NCBI RefSeq assembly: GCF_009914755.1
Contig: NC_060939.1
Reading direction: 5' to 3' (one strand)
DNA length: 64,000 nucleotides
Source of the DNA: the human T2T-CHM13v2.0 reference genome, Homo sapiens
In this document: piece by piece, positions 42,700-56,749 of the stretch
Layout of the letters: the number at the start of each line of letters is the position of its first letter
How positions within the stretch are numbered: position 1 is the first letter of the stretch
Made by a program: the position numbers and the translations under genes
The notes under the pieces: model-generated
Seen by the model: the letters and a program-made list of their open reading frames with translations, nothing else
What the model was told of the DNA's origin: nothing
Database searches by the model: none

Positions 42700-43680
42700 C
42701 TCTCGTACAATCTGCTCTTTTTCTTGGGCCTACACCTCTTCTGCCTGCTTCCTTGTTGGTATTCCCAGACCACTGTTCTGCTGACTCCTCCCTAAGTGAT
42801 CTCATCTACCCTGATGATTTCAAGCCACATAAACGCTAATGACTCCCAAATCAGTACTTACAGCCCAGACTTTAATCCCGAGCTTCAGACTCATGTCCAG
42901 CTGACTGCTGGCTGCTGGCACACGGAGGGGCCACAAGTACCTCAAACTCACAATCAAATAAACAGAATTCATGGTTTCTCTTAAAACCATCCTTCTCCTC
43001 TGGCCTTCAGCCCTGTTTTAGACATGACCATTGACCCAACCTACATCCACAGAAGCCACAGCAGTCCACCAGTCCTCTGCTCCCCACCTCCACACAGTCC
43101 CGCTTCTCCAATCTCTCTGCTCTAGTCCCACTTGCACCGCCCTAAACTGCAGGTCTTCTAGTGCCTGGACAACTGCACCAGCATCATAACAGGTCTCCTA
43201 GCCTCCAGATGGCTTTCCTATAAAGGCACCCTTCATACTGCCCCCAGTAACCAATCTGACCATAGATGCTTCCCCTAGTCCACTGCACACATTCTAAGGT
43301 CTTTGCCCTGGAGCATTTGGCCCTCCTTTGCCCTTACCTAGCATTCACTGCTCCCTGCCTTAACCTCTACAATCCGGCAACTTGCAGTCCTCATGGATCA
43401 TCCTTGTCTTCATGGCTGCTTGTGCTTAGAACATCAACTTCTCCCTGGCCCAGCCCCTGCTCCCCAGCACACCACCAGTTCGCCTGGCTAACTTTTACTA
43501 ATGCTTTGTGCCTCCATTCAGACATCTCCTCCAGGAAGCCTCTCATAAACATCTATCTCTGTTGCCACAGTCCCCTCTCTAGGCTGTGAGTTCCTTGAGA
43601 GCAGAGTTTACATTTTATTCTCTTATCCCTGGCTTCTTTTTGGCCACCACATATTTTTGCCGAGTAAATGAATCAGTGTC
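42700..43680 (+). mobile_element. L2 LINE remnant
   Basis: gatctcatctacc...gactcccaaatc...agcccagac...gagcttcagactcat...acctcaaactca...ctgtgagttccttgag...aaatgaat. Confidence 0.75.
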
Positions 43681-44274
43681 CATATCTAGTAAATTCTATC
43701 TTAGCAGTATATTTTATATACATTTCCACAGTGCTTACAGCAAGTCCTTATATATGACTGAAGGAATATAGTTCCTGATTACCTGCTATCACAGCTATTC
43801 CAAAATTCTAATCTGTGTCTCTGCAGTCCAGGGATAGCAAATATATGGCAAAATTCCCCTCTTCTCTATTTTTATCCATGGCAAAAACCACTCGTCACCG
43901 GGTTGGGTCCATCCTCAGCCTCAGACTCTTTCTCAACACAGCTAATTGGTTAGACAGAAAAACTGCTAATACTGCTGCCACGTTTTCCTGGAATGTAATT
44001 ATGGTTAGATGCCTTTTCTGCTCAAAACCTTTGGCTCCTCACTTACCTCCAGAGTAGGCACAGACTCTACAAGGTCCCCTCCAGCATCACCCCATCCTCA
44101 TCTGCCACCATTTCTCTATGTGGACTCCTTGCATTTTCCCAGCACATCCCCTCACTCTTCTTTCCGTACCTTTGTTCAAGCCATAACTCCAACAACTTTG
44201 CTGCCTCCACTCACCTATCTGTCCCAATCCTTTATCCTTCTAGCTCGACCCAAGCAGCATTATTTCCCCTAAGT

Positions 44275-44438
44275 CAGCGGTTCTCAAAGTGGGTCCCAGG
44301 ACCGAACCAGCAGCATCGGTTATCACACAGATGTTAAAGATGCAAATTCTCAGGCCCCACGCCAGGCCTACTGAAGCCGCAACTCTGGAGTGGGGCCCTC
44401 CAGGTGACTGTGACATAGCTCACTTCTGAGAACCATTG
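44275..44438. mobile_element. MER5A (hAT-Charlie)
   Basis: TIRs cagcggttctcaaagt / ttctgagaaccattg; atgcaaattctcaggccccac; 8-bp TSD-like ccctaagt/ctctaaga. Confidence 0.85.
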
Positions 44439-46929
44439 CTCTAAGATACACTTCCTGTTCTCCCCAACCCACTGTGTTCTCTCCTTCCCACAGCCATTAG
44501 GGCTGGTCACAGCACTCTTCACATGCTGTCTTGGCATTGTCTTTTGTGACCTTGTCTGGTTTGCCCCCTGCTCCCACCTGAGTTGGACTCTGAGCTCATG
44601 GAAAGGAGAAACTACATCCTGACTCAAGTCTGTGTCCTCTGCCACACCTAGCTCAGATTCTGGCACCAACGACGTTCACAGTCAGTGTTGGCTGGACCCT
44701 GGGTTCTTGTTTCTGCTCTCACCAGGGTAGAAGGAACAAATTTAAGGCCGTCTAACTTCACCATTAATGACTTCCTGAGAATTTCCTGGGGAAGCATGAT
44801 TGTTGCAGGCCATGTCCTTGGAATTCAGATTAAAAGAATCTTTTCTCTCCTAAACTATGCTGTTGTTTCCATAAAGTTCCTACCCTAGGCCTTAGTCCAC
44901 ATTTTTGTGTAATAGCATTAAAGCCACCTGGCTGATAATAGCAAGGGCAGGAGCAATGATTGGACACTTCATTAGAGAGAACCCAAGAGGCTTCCTAGTC
45001 AGTAAACTGGGCATAAGCAAGCAGCTTGGGGTGCCTGGTTATGCCTCCCAGATCTGTAGTTGTGCGGAGGAAGTGTTTGGGCATAACAATGGATACACAG
45101 AAAGGGGTTTTAAAAGTTTTTTTTTTTCTTTTCACCCCCAGGCCTGTGTTCCAAAGATGCAGTAATAACCATTAGGGCCAGGTTTTGAATCACAATGTTT
45201 TCAAAAGGAAACAAAGTAGAACTGTAAATCCCTAAGAGTGGGAATACGCTATTGCTGTTACCTTTTTTGTTAATTCTTCTGCAAACCAGAGGAACAACTT
45301 AGGATAGAGCAAGATACTTCCTATGCTAGAACCTAATTCTGAGTAAGGATACCTACATTAAGAGCAAGCTTTGTGATGTTAACAACAGGCATATGTAATG
45401 CCAAAGTATGAACTTTACAGGATCTCTAAGACGTTTTCTGTAAGAGCTTACATGCCAAAGATGCCAGGATGGATCACTAAACCCTGAGTGGAATCGAAAA
45501 TACTAGAATTATGCCGCACAGTCAGCATTCTACTTTCATGAGACATACAAATTATGGGAAAGTTAACGGGGTTGTTTTCAAACTAACCTTGTACTAACAT
45601 AGTACTGGGTTCAGTACACATGACCAGATTTTTTTACACTTACTCCACCTATAGTCCTCTAATAAGATTTGGTACTTAATGACATAATGCTGTAGCTAAA
45701 TTGTCTATTGTAAAATTAACAGGGGCAGCAGAGAGTGAAGAGCAAATCTAATGCATTAGAACATTCACTGAAACTCTTGTCTCCATCAATCAGAACGTTC
45801 AATGAATCAGAACCCCTAATGAATCAGAACCTCTGACCACACTGGACACGTTTGCTAAATTTAGCTTTGTATCAGCAAACGCTGAAGCTCAGAATAGTTT
45901 ACAGAGCTCTCATCTTACCCTTAGACAGTGATTCTTCTAAGACTGCTTTTCCATGGCAGGCCAAGGCAAGGCAAGGGGCATTCCACATGCTCTCTCAACG
46001 CCCATTGTTAAGAGACTGGCCCAAGGTTAAATGAATCTGACAAGCCATGGCAAAAATGTTGATCCCGACCTCTCCACAGTGGGACCAGGAAATTAGCCAT
46101 ATATCACATTTCACGTGTTAGAAGTAGTTTGCAGGAATGGCCTAACATGCTCTATGGTCCTTGAACCACATCCCATATTACTCAACCATCTAAGTCTAGC
46201 TTCCCTGAATCTCTAGCTTCTCTGAATTAGACGTGGCCAAGTTCTATAAATAGAGAGCAAGCAAACTGGTTCTGTCAATCTTCTCATACTCTGGCAAGAT
46301 GGCATATTTTAAAATTATAAAAATATCTATGTCTTCATCACTCTAAAATTATTACATAACACATGATTTTCTCAGGGGAAAAATGTTTATTCTTGTCTTC
46401 CCTTACCTTCCAGCACTTATGTATGGACCTTCAAACTTTGTGATCATATTCATCAAACACAAACCATACCTTACAACCAAAACTAAGGGCCTACTATGTG
46501 CCAAACACTATGTGCCAAACACTATGTTATGCAAATCAAGAAATGTTTAAGGAAAAAACAACCAAAAACCAAGTCTCTTATTTTAAATTCCAGCTGGCAA
46601 TTCTGTAACAACTTGTGGTAGCATGAACATAGGTCACTTTAGATAGACTGCAGCTATTACTGTAGTGTTAGCTCATGATCACTATTCTAACATGGGCTTT
46701 TAGTAGATTTCACTAGAGACCTTCATCCCATATGTCCCTAGAAGAGGCCAATATCCCTGCATAGCTGAGGTCTTAAAAACATGACATTACATATGCAGGG
46801 TAAATTCTAAAATAGTGAGCTTGACAGACTCTTCCACTATTCACTATATATGTCTAATCCAATGAAGGATATAGGGCTTCCCTCACTCATACCCCCTAAT
46901 AAAAAACCACAAAATCATAATAATAGACA

Positions 46930-48731
46930 TTAGCACAGTTTATAAATAAATCACATTTTAATCATCTGGCTTTGTTTAATCTACAAAATCAAATTCACAG
47001 CTTTTTCTAGTCTGGTCTGTTTTTTCTAACCAGATGGCCTAGTATATTTTCTAAAACCTTCCATCTTTTAAGGAAAACATGTTCCACCTTTTTTTTTTTT
47101 TTGCAATCCCAGAGCCAACTTCCCTAATGCAATCACCTCAAAGAAACACTGATGGGCTGGTGGTGAACCACAGACTCAAAGTCTTTCAGAACAGTAAAAG
47201 AAAAAAAAAAAAAAAGGAACAAAAGGTCACTAAGCAATGTCCAGTGTTCCCTGGAAAGCCTCTTCCTGAATGCTCCAGTCACTGAGCTGTCCCCTCCCTG
47301 TGGTCACTCCTGCTGGCCCCTGTAGCATTCCATTCCTTCTGCCATCTGTTTCAGGTTCTGCAGTGCTTATAAGGTAGTGTCTGGAGGGGTGTGAGCCTTA
47401 TTTCTTTCTGCTCCTAACCCAACCTGTTTCTTTCATGCTGTGTAAATGGTTCTAGAGCCCACCTAGGCCAGAACCAGTTCTCAGCTGGTGTGCGGGCACC
47501 TTCCATCCACTGTACTATGTGCCAGTTCAGAGCCACAGCAGTAATGATCACAGTGAGGGCTAATGATATGCATTACAAAGTCTACAAAAACAAATAAGGA
47601 TTTTTATTTGCAGTACTTTCCACTCTTCCTTTAAAAACTTGCCATTTGCTTATCAGTTCCTCTGGGGCTGACCCACTCAAACAAGACAAAGGATAAAGAA
47701 CAAAAGATAGTCCTCCGAGGTTACAGGCTTGGAAGGGCAGAGAGGAGCTACGAACCTTGGAAGAAAAACAAGGTGCTCAGGAATTCATCGCCTAACATTT
47801 CACTTCCCCACCCACCCCTTAGTGCTCCCACTTTGGCAGTGATCTCTCTTTGGCTTTAAAGAGAAAGGGGGAAATGTGCCTTGTTTTGCAGGTGTGCAAC
47901 AACACAGCTCTGGCATCTCAAGCAGCAGGGGAGAACTCTAAGACAGAAGAATTTCTTCATGAAAATCACGGTATGTTATCACATACTGTCTCCATGGCCC
48001 ATACAAGGACTCCTTAAGGTTCTCTCTAACATACAACATATCCCCCACAACTCAGTAGAGAGGTTTCCTTCCCACTGGAATAGAAATCCTTTGCCTCATT
48101 TATTACAGTCTAAAAATCCACACTGGCTTTTTGATTCTTTCTAGCATGAGCTCAGACACTATACTTCAAAAGAATGCCCAGAGGCATTTTCTTAGGTAGA
48201 GACTTAGCTGCGGGCTGAGACTTCGGCCCCACATAGCTCACATCAATTCTGCAGCTGCCTCCTTTCCTCCCAATAAAAGCATCATAGCTCAGAGCTACAA
48301 GCTCCTTGAATGGAGAAAACCCAAATCACCCAGGAAAGGTGACACAACTCCTGATGTGCAGTATCAAGTGTGAATGCTGGAAATGCTACTTAAAAGGTTG
48401 ACCAGGAATGGCCTGGAGGTTGTCTTCAACTTGAGTAAATCACACAGACCTCTGAGATTTATCCTACCCTCATTCCTAGAACAAAAAAAAAGTATATTTA
48501 AGAAATCCTCACTCATTACTATCACTGTATTCCTCACTCTCTTACAATATACTGAGGAAAAAAAAGATTTCTCCTTAACCTCCTACTAAAAACTAAAATT
48601 AAGGGGACCCTATAAACAAGTCAGGCAGCCAACATGATAAGGGCAATTTTGGCAAAATATGACTGGGCTGAGTAGAGAGGTATCTCAGAGACAGCTAGCA
48701 TCTTTGTTGGTCAAACCCTAGTATGAATAAT
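46930..48731 (-). other. AAGAB: AAGAB 3'UTR
   Basis: Follows the stop codon on the minus strand; minus-strand poly(A) signals AATAAA (47603-47608) and ATTAAA (46957-46962, 46975-46980). End is approximate; another AATAAA lies at 46386-46391. Confidence 0.7.
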
Positions 48732-48809
48732 TCAGTGCTCTTCATCAGATGAAAGGCCTTCAATTTCATCTCTGTCTCCCCCGATTGCCATCCAGAATGC
48801 TTTGGCCAC
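48732..48809 (-). CDS. AAGAB: AAGAB last exon (10), coding part
   Basis: Minus-strand ctctccacag| acceptor; [28 protein letters not shown] at 48734-48732; in frame with the upstream exons. Confidence 0.96.
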   Translation of the reverse strand: MAKAFWMAIGGDRDEIEGLSSDEEH

Positions 48810-49458
48810 CTGTGGAGAGAAGCATGCAACAAATTTTAGGCAACAGCTACATTTCAGCTTGTTTCATATGTCATACCTTAAACTGACTGAGACCTAAAAT
48901 TCTGCACTTTGCCCTCCAGTCCTCTGGCAACACATATCAGAACCCTTGAATACCATTTGACCCATGATCGCCACATCTAGAAATTTATACCAAGGATATA
49001 TTTAGAGTTGTATACAAAGATGATGTGTAAAGACATGCACAGCTTTGTTATTTATAGAAGCAAAAAATGCACATGACCTAAATGTCCAAAAGGGAACAGG
49101 ATAAATTATGACACATATCAGGGAACACCATCAACCATACAAGTTTCCTGCCAATAGCATGTGTTGTGTTGGTAATAATAAAACAAAACAACTAAGAGTT
49201 TTCTGGCCCAATAGTTAGAAAGGCAAACATCCTGAGTCTCAATAAAGGTTCCACATCACTCACCATCCAGGTGAAAAATCTTGGTTTGACTGCAGCAACT
49301 ATACTATTACTGTATAAATATTTAATTAGTTAGAAGTTAATATTCAATGAAAAGCTCACACTAAGACCCTTCAGAAATACACAAGTGTGATATATAATTA
49401 TAATAATAGCACTGGACCTTTTATAGGTATTCAATAAATACCTGGCTGATTGTCTCAC

Positions 49459-49508
49459 CTTTTCTGCATGCACTTTTCTTTGCTCATGAGGAAGCGTCGC
49501 AGCCTTGT
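49459..49508 (-). CDS. AAGAB: AAGAB exon 9
   Basis: Minus-strand ttttccccctag| acceptor and AAG|gtgaga donor; 50 nt, (D)KAATLPHEQRKVHAEK. Confidence 0.96.
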
Positions 49509-49954
49509 CTAGGGGGAAAATATATCTTAAGAAATTTGTCTAATAGCACAGGATAACCTGGAGTATATGAATAACACTAGAAGATGGGAGACGGGTTTCA
49601 AAGACATGTTTATGATGTAGTCATTACATGTATTAGGAAGTTTTTAAGTCTTCCAAATTTTCCAGATGGGAATGATGTGAGTAAATTGGTAGGGATCTTA
49701 CAGTTTCCACCTTATGTAACACATTGAAAGAAACAAGGCAAAAGCAGGAAAAGTAAAAAGAAAGAGAACGAAGATGGAAAAATTTTCCCCAGGGAATTTT
49801 TTTTTTTTACCAAGTCCCAGGAGTAGCTAAGTTTCTCAAGACAGCTGAGACCAGAACAAGGAATCCAATCCAGCAGTTAACAAAATAAAATGCTACTACG
49901 TAAAACAGACAAGCATCAACATGGGAACATATTAGACACAATGGATCTGATTAC

Positions 49955-50059
49955 CTTTCATTTCCTTTAACTTTGAAAAGAGTCTTTCAAAATTCTCCAC
50001 ATCTCCTCCTCCAGTGGTAAGACTGGCTAATTCTTGAATATCCAGATCTAACATGGGAT
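49955..50059 (-). CDS. AAGAB: AAGAB exon 8
   Basis: Minus-strand tatttcag| acceptor and AAG|gtaatc donor; 105 nt, (D)[34 protein letters not shown](D). Confidence 0.96.
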
Positions 50060-50899
50060 CTGAAATAGGGATTTGTCACATTATCTGTCACGTTATTTGC
50101 ATATGTGCTACACTCAGAGAATCCTAAGGCAAATGCTAACCTTGATGAAGTCACCAATGATCGAAGGCCCAGTGTATACCAGCTTTACAGCTCATGGCTC
50201 ACCCTGCTTGGCTGCTAGTGGGCCCTCACAAATGAAGAGTAACTATTTTATCCTCACAACATCGTCATGAGGTAAGGAGTACTATTTCCATTTTAAAGAT
50301 GAGAAAACCACATCTCAGAGTTGAAGTGACTTGCCGAGGTGACAGCTAGTAAGTTGATTCAGACGCAGGTGTTTCCAACTCGGAAAGCATACTCACTCCA
50401 CTAAGGTACACTGATTCACCAATAATGACTAAAGTTTATGCCATATTTTACTGTACAACAAATATTTTCACATCTATTACCGACAACCACTATAAAAGGT
50501 GATTAGAACAGATAACATTATCTGAGAATAACAGAAATGATATGAAAAAAAAACCTGTATCTAAAAATGAACTCATCTAAAATTACAGCTATTCAGAGGT
50601 AGAGCTGATTTAAATTCATATTTTCTTACTACAAATCTTTTACTGTTTCTACCTTGGCACACTGCTTCTTTATTAAAGTTTGTTTTTAATCAGAATTTTA
50701 ACTCCTTCTCCACTCCAGGCCCACTATGTTTAGAATGTCTTCCCTGCCCATCCCACTTTCACAGGTCTCCTTCCTTAGAATTCTTTCTACACTTATTGTT
50801 TCCAGAACTGTCTTAGCACTTGCATATATTACCTTGTATTCTAACATTTCTCCACCACTACTTTAATAAGTACTACTACCATAAGAGAGAATTTGCTTT

Positions 50900-51110
50900 G
50901 GATCTGCACCACTGAATGCTTTAACTTACATGGTTCCACTGCATCTTTGCAACAGCCCTATGAGGAAAGATTTATCACCGTTATTTTACAGAAGAGGAAA
51001 CTAATGCCAACAGAGGTTAATTTATTCAAGGTAAGGCCATTACTAGCGATAAAGCCATGATTTGAACCCAGCTGTACAGGACTCCAATGACTATGACCTT
51101 AACCATTACA
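50900..51110 (-). mobile_element. MIR SINE
   Basis: caacagccctatgagg...attttacagaagaggaaact...gatttgaacccag...cttaaccatta. Confidence 0.75.
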
Positions 51111-51249
51111 TTATAGGTCCTATCTCTATATTTTTAGACTAAGCTCCATGAAGATAGGATGATGACTTATAATTATTTGCATCTATCACAATGCCATATA
51201 GACAATTTGGTGTTAAAAACGCATCTTGGTTAATATATTTGCTTTCGTT

Positions 51250-51730
51250 CAATGGACATGTCATGTAGGAAGTTGGTATATAGGGCTGAAGATAAAAGTT
51301 TGTGATTTATCTGTGTATACATAGTAATTGAGCTGTTAATGTAGACAGAATCACTCCATGCCTAAATATAGATTTGGAAGAGTTTAAATGCAGCAATGAA
51401 GAATGACAATATTTAAAGGCTGGGTAAAGAAGGGTATCTACCAAAGAAAGAGAAGGAATAATCAGAGAAGTAGGAAGAAAACCAGGCGACACCGTGTTGG
51501 GTGAGGCATGGGAAGAAAATGTTTCAAAGAGGAATTGATCTGTAACACTGAATGCTGCCACGAGGTCAAGATGAGGACTGGAAAATATCTACCCGATTTA
51601 GCGGCATGGAGGTCATTGCTGGCCTTTGCACAGAGCTGTTGTAGTGGCATACCAGGGGCAAAAGACAGACATGAGTGAGGTGAGGAGCAAATGGGAGGTG
51701 AGGAATGGAAACAAGTTTAGTAAAGAGATA
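51250..51730 (-). mobile_element. L2 LINE remnant (continues at ~53660-53740)
   Basis: gaagaaaatgtttcaaagagg...aatgctgcc...gtcaagatgaggactg...gatttagc...tggaggtcatt. Confidence 0.75.
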
Positions 51731-51789
51731 AGGAGGAAGATGTGGAAGTGTTTGGTTTTTGTTGATTTGGTTTTGCCTTAAATCTTTTT

Positions 51790-53660
51790 CTTAATTTACT
51801 CTTAAAAAAAAAACTTGCAAAAATAGTACACAGAGTTCCTATATGCTCTTCACCCACTTTCCCCTAGTGTTAACATCGTTTATGACCATGGTACAATTAT
51901 AAAAATCAAGAAGTTAATATTGGTATAATGCCATTAACCATGCCATAGACTTCATCGGTTTTTCCACTAATATCCTTTTTCTGTTCCAAGATCCTACATG
52001 GAATTTAGTTGTCAAATCTCCTTAGTCTTCTCCAATTTGTGACAGTTCCTCAGTCTTTCACGACTTTAACACTTGTATGTCAGTTATTTTGTATAATGTC
52101 CCTTAATTGGGTTTGTCAGATTGTTTTCTTATTATTAGATTGCAGTTATGCATTTTTGGTGAGATTACCTTCTCACTGCATCCTATCAGGAGGGCTATTA
52201 TGTCAATATGTCTTATTACCAGTGATGTTAACCTTCATTACATAATTAAAGTGGCTGGCATCTGATGAGTTTCTCCAGTGTAAAGTTACTATTTTCCCCT
52301 TTGTAATAAATAAACATCTTGAGAGAGATACTTTTAGACTATGCAGATATACTACTTCTCCTCAAACTTTCACCTATGCTACCAAGAACTATTACTGTGT
52401 TTTGTGCCTAATGATGGCTTTCTATTTTCCTCATTCCTTCTATATTTATTACTTGGGATTCTTCTGGAAGGAGATGCTGTCCTTTCTTTCTCATTTGTTT
52501 ATTCAATTATTTATTTATATTAGTATGAACTCATGGATACTTAGCTTACTCTATGGGTTATAACCCAATACTATATTAATCTACTTTGCTGGTCAAATTG
52601 TTCCAGATTTAGCCACTGGAAGCTCTTTCAGGTTGGTCCCTATGCCCTTTCAACATGTCCCCATTCTTTTTTGAGAATTTTCTTAATTTCTGGTACCAAG
52701 AGATGCTCCAGGGTCATCCTGTATTTTTCTTGCCCAAGTCCTGGAATCAACCACTTCTCCAAGGAGCCCTAGTTCCTTTTATTGGAGAATGGTATTTAGA
52801 AAGCAAGATCTGGCCAGGCGCAGTGGCTCACGCCTGTAATCCAAGCACTTTGGGAGGTCGAGGCAGGTGGATCACCTGAGGTCGGGAGTTTGAGACCAGC
52901 CTGACCAACACGCAGAAACCCCGTCTCTACTAAAAAACAACACAAAACAAAATTAGCTGGGCGTGGTGGCACATGCCTGTAATCTCAGCCACTCAGGAGG
53001 CTGAGGCAGGAGAATCGCTTGAACCCAGGAAGCGAGATTGCGGTGAGCCGAGATCGTGCCACTGCACTCCACCCTGGGCAACAAGAGCGAAACTCCATCT
53101 CAAACAAAAACAAAAACAAAAACACAACAACACACACACACAAAAAGAAAGCAAGATCTGAGTGCTAAGTGTGTCCACTGCTATGGTGGTATTGTTGCTT
53201 CTAGGCCTCTCAGTGGACAGAACTAGGAAATATATGTGTGTATACTAATACACGCATATACACACACATCTGTATTTATTTTCTTAACTGTAAGTATATT
53301 TTTAAAGCCATGAGTTCATACTGATACATTAGATTCCAATCCAGTACCAAAGGGTACATCTTGGCCTTCCCTTTTCCTTATTTGTAACCTTTTTCCTCTG
53401 GCAGTGAGAAACCTAACTCTCACTATCTATATTTTTTATTTTCTATATGTCAGTATATGTGTGGTGTATAAAATATCTATATATAAAATTTCAGAATTGC
53501 TGAGCCATGCTCCTATAAGAAACAAATTTACTAAGTAGAGTTCAGTATCTGTGTTCAGTTATTTTTGTTTTTAGCCTTACGGTATCTAGTCCAATTACTG
53601 TTTTCTAAAGTTACTTAGGTTACTGCTTCAAGTCCCCACCCACTTCAGTGTGATTACTAG
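51790..53660 (-). mobile_element. L1MC/L1MD-type 3' segment, interrupted by an Alu
   Basis: ctggaatcaaccacttctccaaggagccctagttccttttattggagaatggtatttaga, catgagttcatactgata, tttcagaattgct. Confidence 0.8.
52812..53145 (+). mobile_element. Alu (AluS-like) with tail converted to (CAAAAA)n/(CA)n
   Basis: TSD agaaagcaagatct at 52798-52811 and 53146-53159. Confidence 0.96.
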
Positions 53661-54470
53661 TTTGTTTTAATGGCAGAGACTCTGGCAGGTTTAAAAGCCA
53701 ATGGGAAGGATTCAATTGAGAGGCTAAGGATGAATAAACTGGAAAGAAAAAAAATTATACATAATTTTTTCTTCTTCATATGTTTCTATAACCAATCACT
53801 TGAGTTTTCTACATGAATTATCTCATAAGAAAAAAGAGTTTTAAAAATTTATTACTGCACATGAGCCGTCTGTAGCATAAAGATAAAGTAGGAATATCAG
53901 TAGTTCCCCAGCGAAAGAAGATTTATAGTTATTGTCAAGTAAGCTCCTTGGTTTTCTGGCTTTTGGACAGCATACTGGATTCCAGCTTCAGCTCCAGGCC
54001 CTTCTTGCTAGATGTCCTTGGACAAGTTATTAAACTTCTCTGCAAAACTTCATTACCAAATGAGAAAGGGGATATAAAATAACTTTAAAAGCATATGGAA
54101 GGGCTTATAAATATAAAGTTGTATTATTCTTGTCACCATCGATTCTGACTTCTGTTAAATATTATGAAAAAACTACGTGATACAGAGCTAGCTGTTTCGC
54201 CACCTGGTTCGGTCTGCCTTGGCTAAGATTATCTGAATCAAGATCCTGCTAGGAGAATTAAAGAGAAAATGGTACCCACATATTTGTTATATATTTATTC
54301 TTCTTCCTTTTTCTGATAGCCACTGGCAAGGCTCACATTCATGTGTGGTATACTACCAATTTTTTTCCCTTCTCTGTGTTTAAAGTCAATTTCCCCCTCA
54401 ACAATTTCTGCCCAGATACCTATTCCAAGTTGCACAAAGCTCTCTCTTGGCAGCCAAAGGAGGAACTTAC

Positions 54471-54567
54471 CCACAATGCTATCAACCTGGGCATCTGTTG
54501 TGTTAGATGCACCACCCCGATGATCAGAGAGGGATTCAGTACTATCTGCTGCTGGCAAATGGGGTTG
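54471..54567 (-). CDS. AAGAB: AAGAB exon 7
   Basis: Minus-strand ttttcctcaacag| acceptor and GG|gtaagt donor; 97 nt, QPHLPAADSTESLSDHRGGASNTTDAQVDSIV(D). Confidence 0.95.
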
Positions 54568-55370
54568 CTGTTGAGGAAAATACACATAAGCAACAATTTA
54601 ATCGTAGTCTATTTCAGAACTAAATCCAAAAAAGCTCACACTTTCAGTCCTTGGTTGGCTTGAGAAAAGAGTAATAGGAACTGGAGGCAAAGAAAGAAGA
54701 GCAAGATCACATTAAAAAAATAAAAGGCTAAAACTTAACTAACCCAGAAGTACTTTCCCCCAAGGAAGAACTAGAAAGCGTTGATTTTGCTTTAGACTAC
54801 TAAAACATGTTTTTTGTTTGTCTCATTTAAGATCCATGTTATATTCAAAATGTGAAAATGTAACACAATCGTAACACAAATAGCTCAGAGGCTGTTGAAA
54901 AAGATCCCTGGAAAGACAATGTGGCACTGTATAATTTGCTCTTGGCTCCAGCTGCTGACCAAGGTAAACCTGGAACAAAGTTCTTAAGGATGCAGGGTTG
55001 AAACTGGACTACAAGCTCATTGAGGACAGGGACCTTGCCTCAGATTTGCCAAGGTCTTTTACACAGGAAGTACTAAAAAAGCACCATGAATTTTATTTTC
55101 TATTTAAAGATCTGAAGGCAAATTAATGCCTCAGGGAAATCCTAGCATATTTTAGAAAGCACCCTAGTAAAAATAAAACCAAAGCTGTAAACATCTTGAA
55201 AGGGCTTACTGCTTTAGCAAGGGCTGTTTTAGACCTTCCTTTCATCTATTTTTAACATTCTCTGTCACCTTTTAAATGGAAAGGAAAACAATGGTGAATG
55301 TGTCAAGATTCATAATGACAAGGAGAAATTAAAGCCAAAGAGGGAAAAAAGATCCAAGAAAAACCTTTAC

Positions 55371-55453
55371 CTCTGGGTGACAGGGATCTGCTGACCCAAT
55401 GCTATGGTTTGTTCCAGTCAATGAGTTGAGAAGGCTAAAGCCTTGGTTCCTAT
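55371..55453 (-). CDS. AAGAB: AAGAB (alpha- and gamma-adaptin-binding protein p34) exon 6
   Basis: Minus-strand ttttccttttcag| acceptor and GAG|gtaaag donor; 83 nt, (D)RNQGFSLLNSLTGTNHSIGSADPCHPE. Exon numbering from prior knowledge. Confidence 0.95.
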
Positions 55454-55564
55454 CTGAAAAGGAAAAATACACTTAGTGAAATTTGTCATTTACATTTTAA
55501 ACTGTTCAAATGGCTATGATGATGAAACAAAGGCTACTTATTTGTTACCAAAGTTCTAACTACA

Positions 55565-55873
55565 TATATATATATTTTTGAGACAGGGTCTCACTCTGTA
55601 GCCCAGGCTAGAGTGCAGTGGCACAATCACAGCTCAGTGCAACCTTGAAGTCCTGGGCTCAAGTGATCCTCCTTCCTCAGCCTCCTGAGTAGGTGGGAAT
55701 ACAGGTGCCTGCCACTGTGCCTGGCTATTTTTTTTTAAAATTATTTCTTGTTTTTTGTAGAGACAGGGTCTCACTATGTTGCCCAGGCTGGTCTTGAACT
55801 CCTGGCCTCAAGCCATCTCCTGAATCAGCCCCCGAAACTGCCAGGATTACAGGCCTGAGCCACACCCCTGGCC
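55565..55873 (-). mobile_element. Alu (AluJ-like)
   Basis: Antisense dimer with a (TA)n-modified tail, ~110 nt from AAGAB exon 6. Confidence 0.93.
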
Positions 55874-56143
55874 CTGAATACATTTTTTTTAAGTACATTT
55901 TTTAAAAAAATCACAGACTATTAGTCCAGGTGGAAAATAATAGCAGGGCCATTATGACAAACAAAAGGCCAGTGGTTCTATTTGCAAAGATTAACAGCAC
56001 TAATGCTTTCATAGCCACTATGAACTAATATTCCATTGTTTTAAATAATCAAAAACATTTAAAAAATCAACACCAAGGCATTCATATCAGGTGAAGGCAC
56101 TCAGGTGAAAAGGAATATGAATGCTTTTTGAAAAAAGTTCTAG

Positions 56144-56453
<310 letters not shown>

Positions 56454-56581
56454 CTAATTCAGATATGAATGAAGCATCTACAGTTAAGACTCCCAGTATG
56501 CTGTTTGTATTTACAACGGAGGACAAATCTGGAGCAAAACATCTAGCACTGTTCAAAGTATAAGGGCCAGCCTTGATCCAG

Positions 56582-56749
56582 CAGTGTTCCCCAGAATGAC
56601 CTGGAACACTTTATTAAAACTATCCTAGTATTCAAGGACGCTATCTGAGATTCACTGAGTCAGCATCTTTAGGACAGAGATCATGGAATCTCAACTTTTA
56701 GCAAGTGCTCCAGGAGGGTCTTATGAACACAGTAGTTCGAAAAACACTG
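56582..56749. mobile_element. MER5B-like hAT-Charlie element
   Basis: cagtgtt...cagaatgacctgg...actgagtcagcatct...ttttagcaagtgctccagg...aaaaacactg. Confidence 0.7.

Noticed and set aside
46493-46526. 14-bp tandem actatgtgccaaac
   Set aside because: Simple slippage inside a degenerate L2/MIR-type end; no sign of function.
54295-54585. 96-aa minus-strand ORF
   Set aside because: AAGAB exon 7 plus read-through into flanking introns; a consensus GTAAGT donor closes the exon at 54471.
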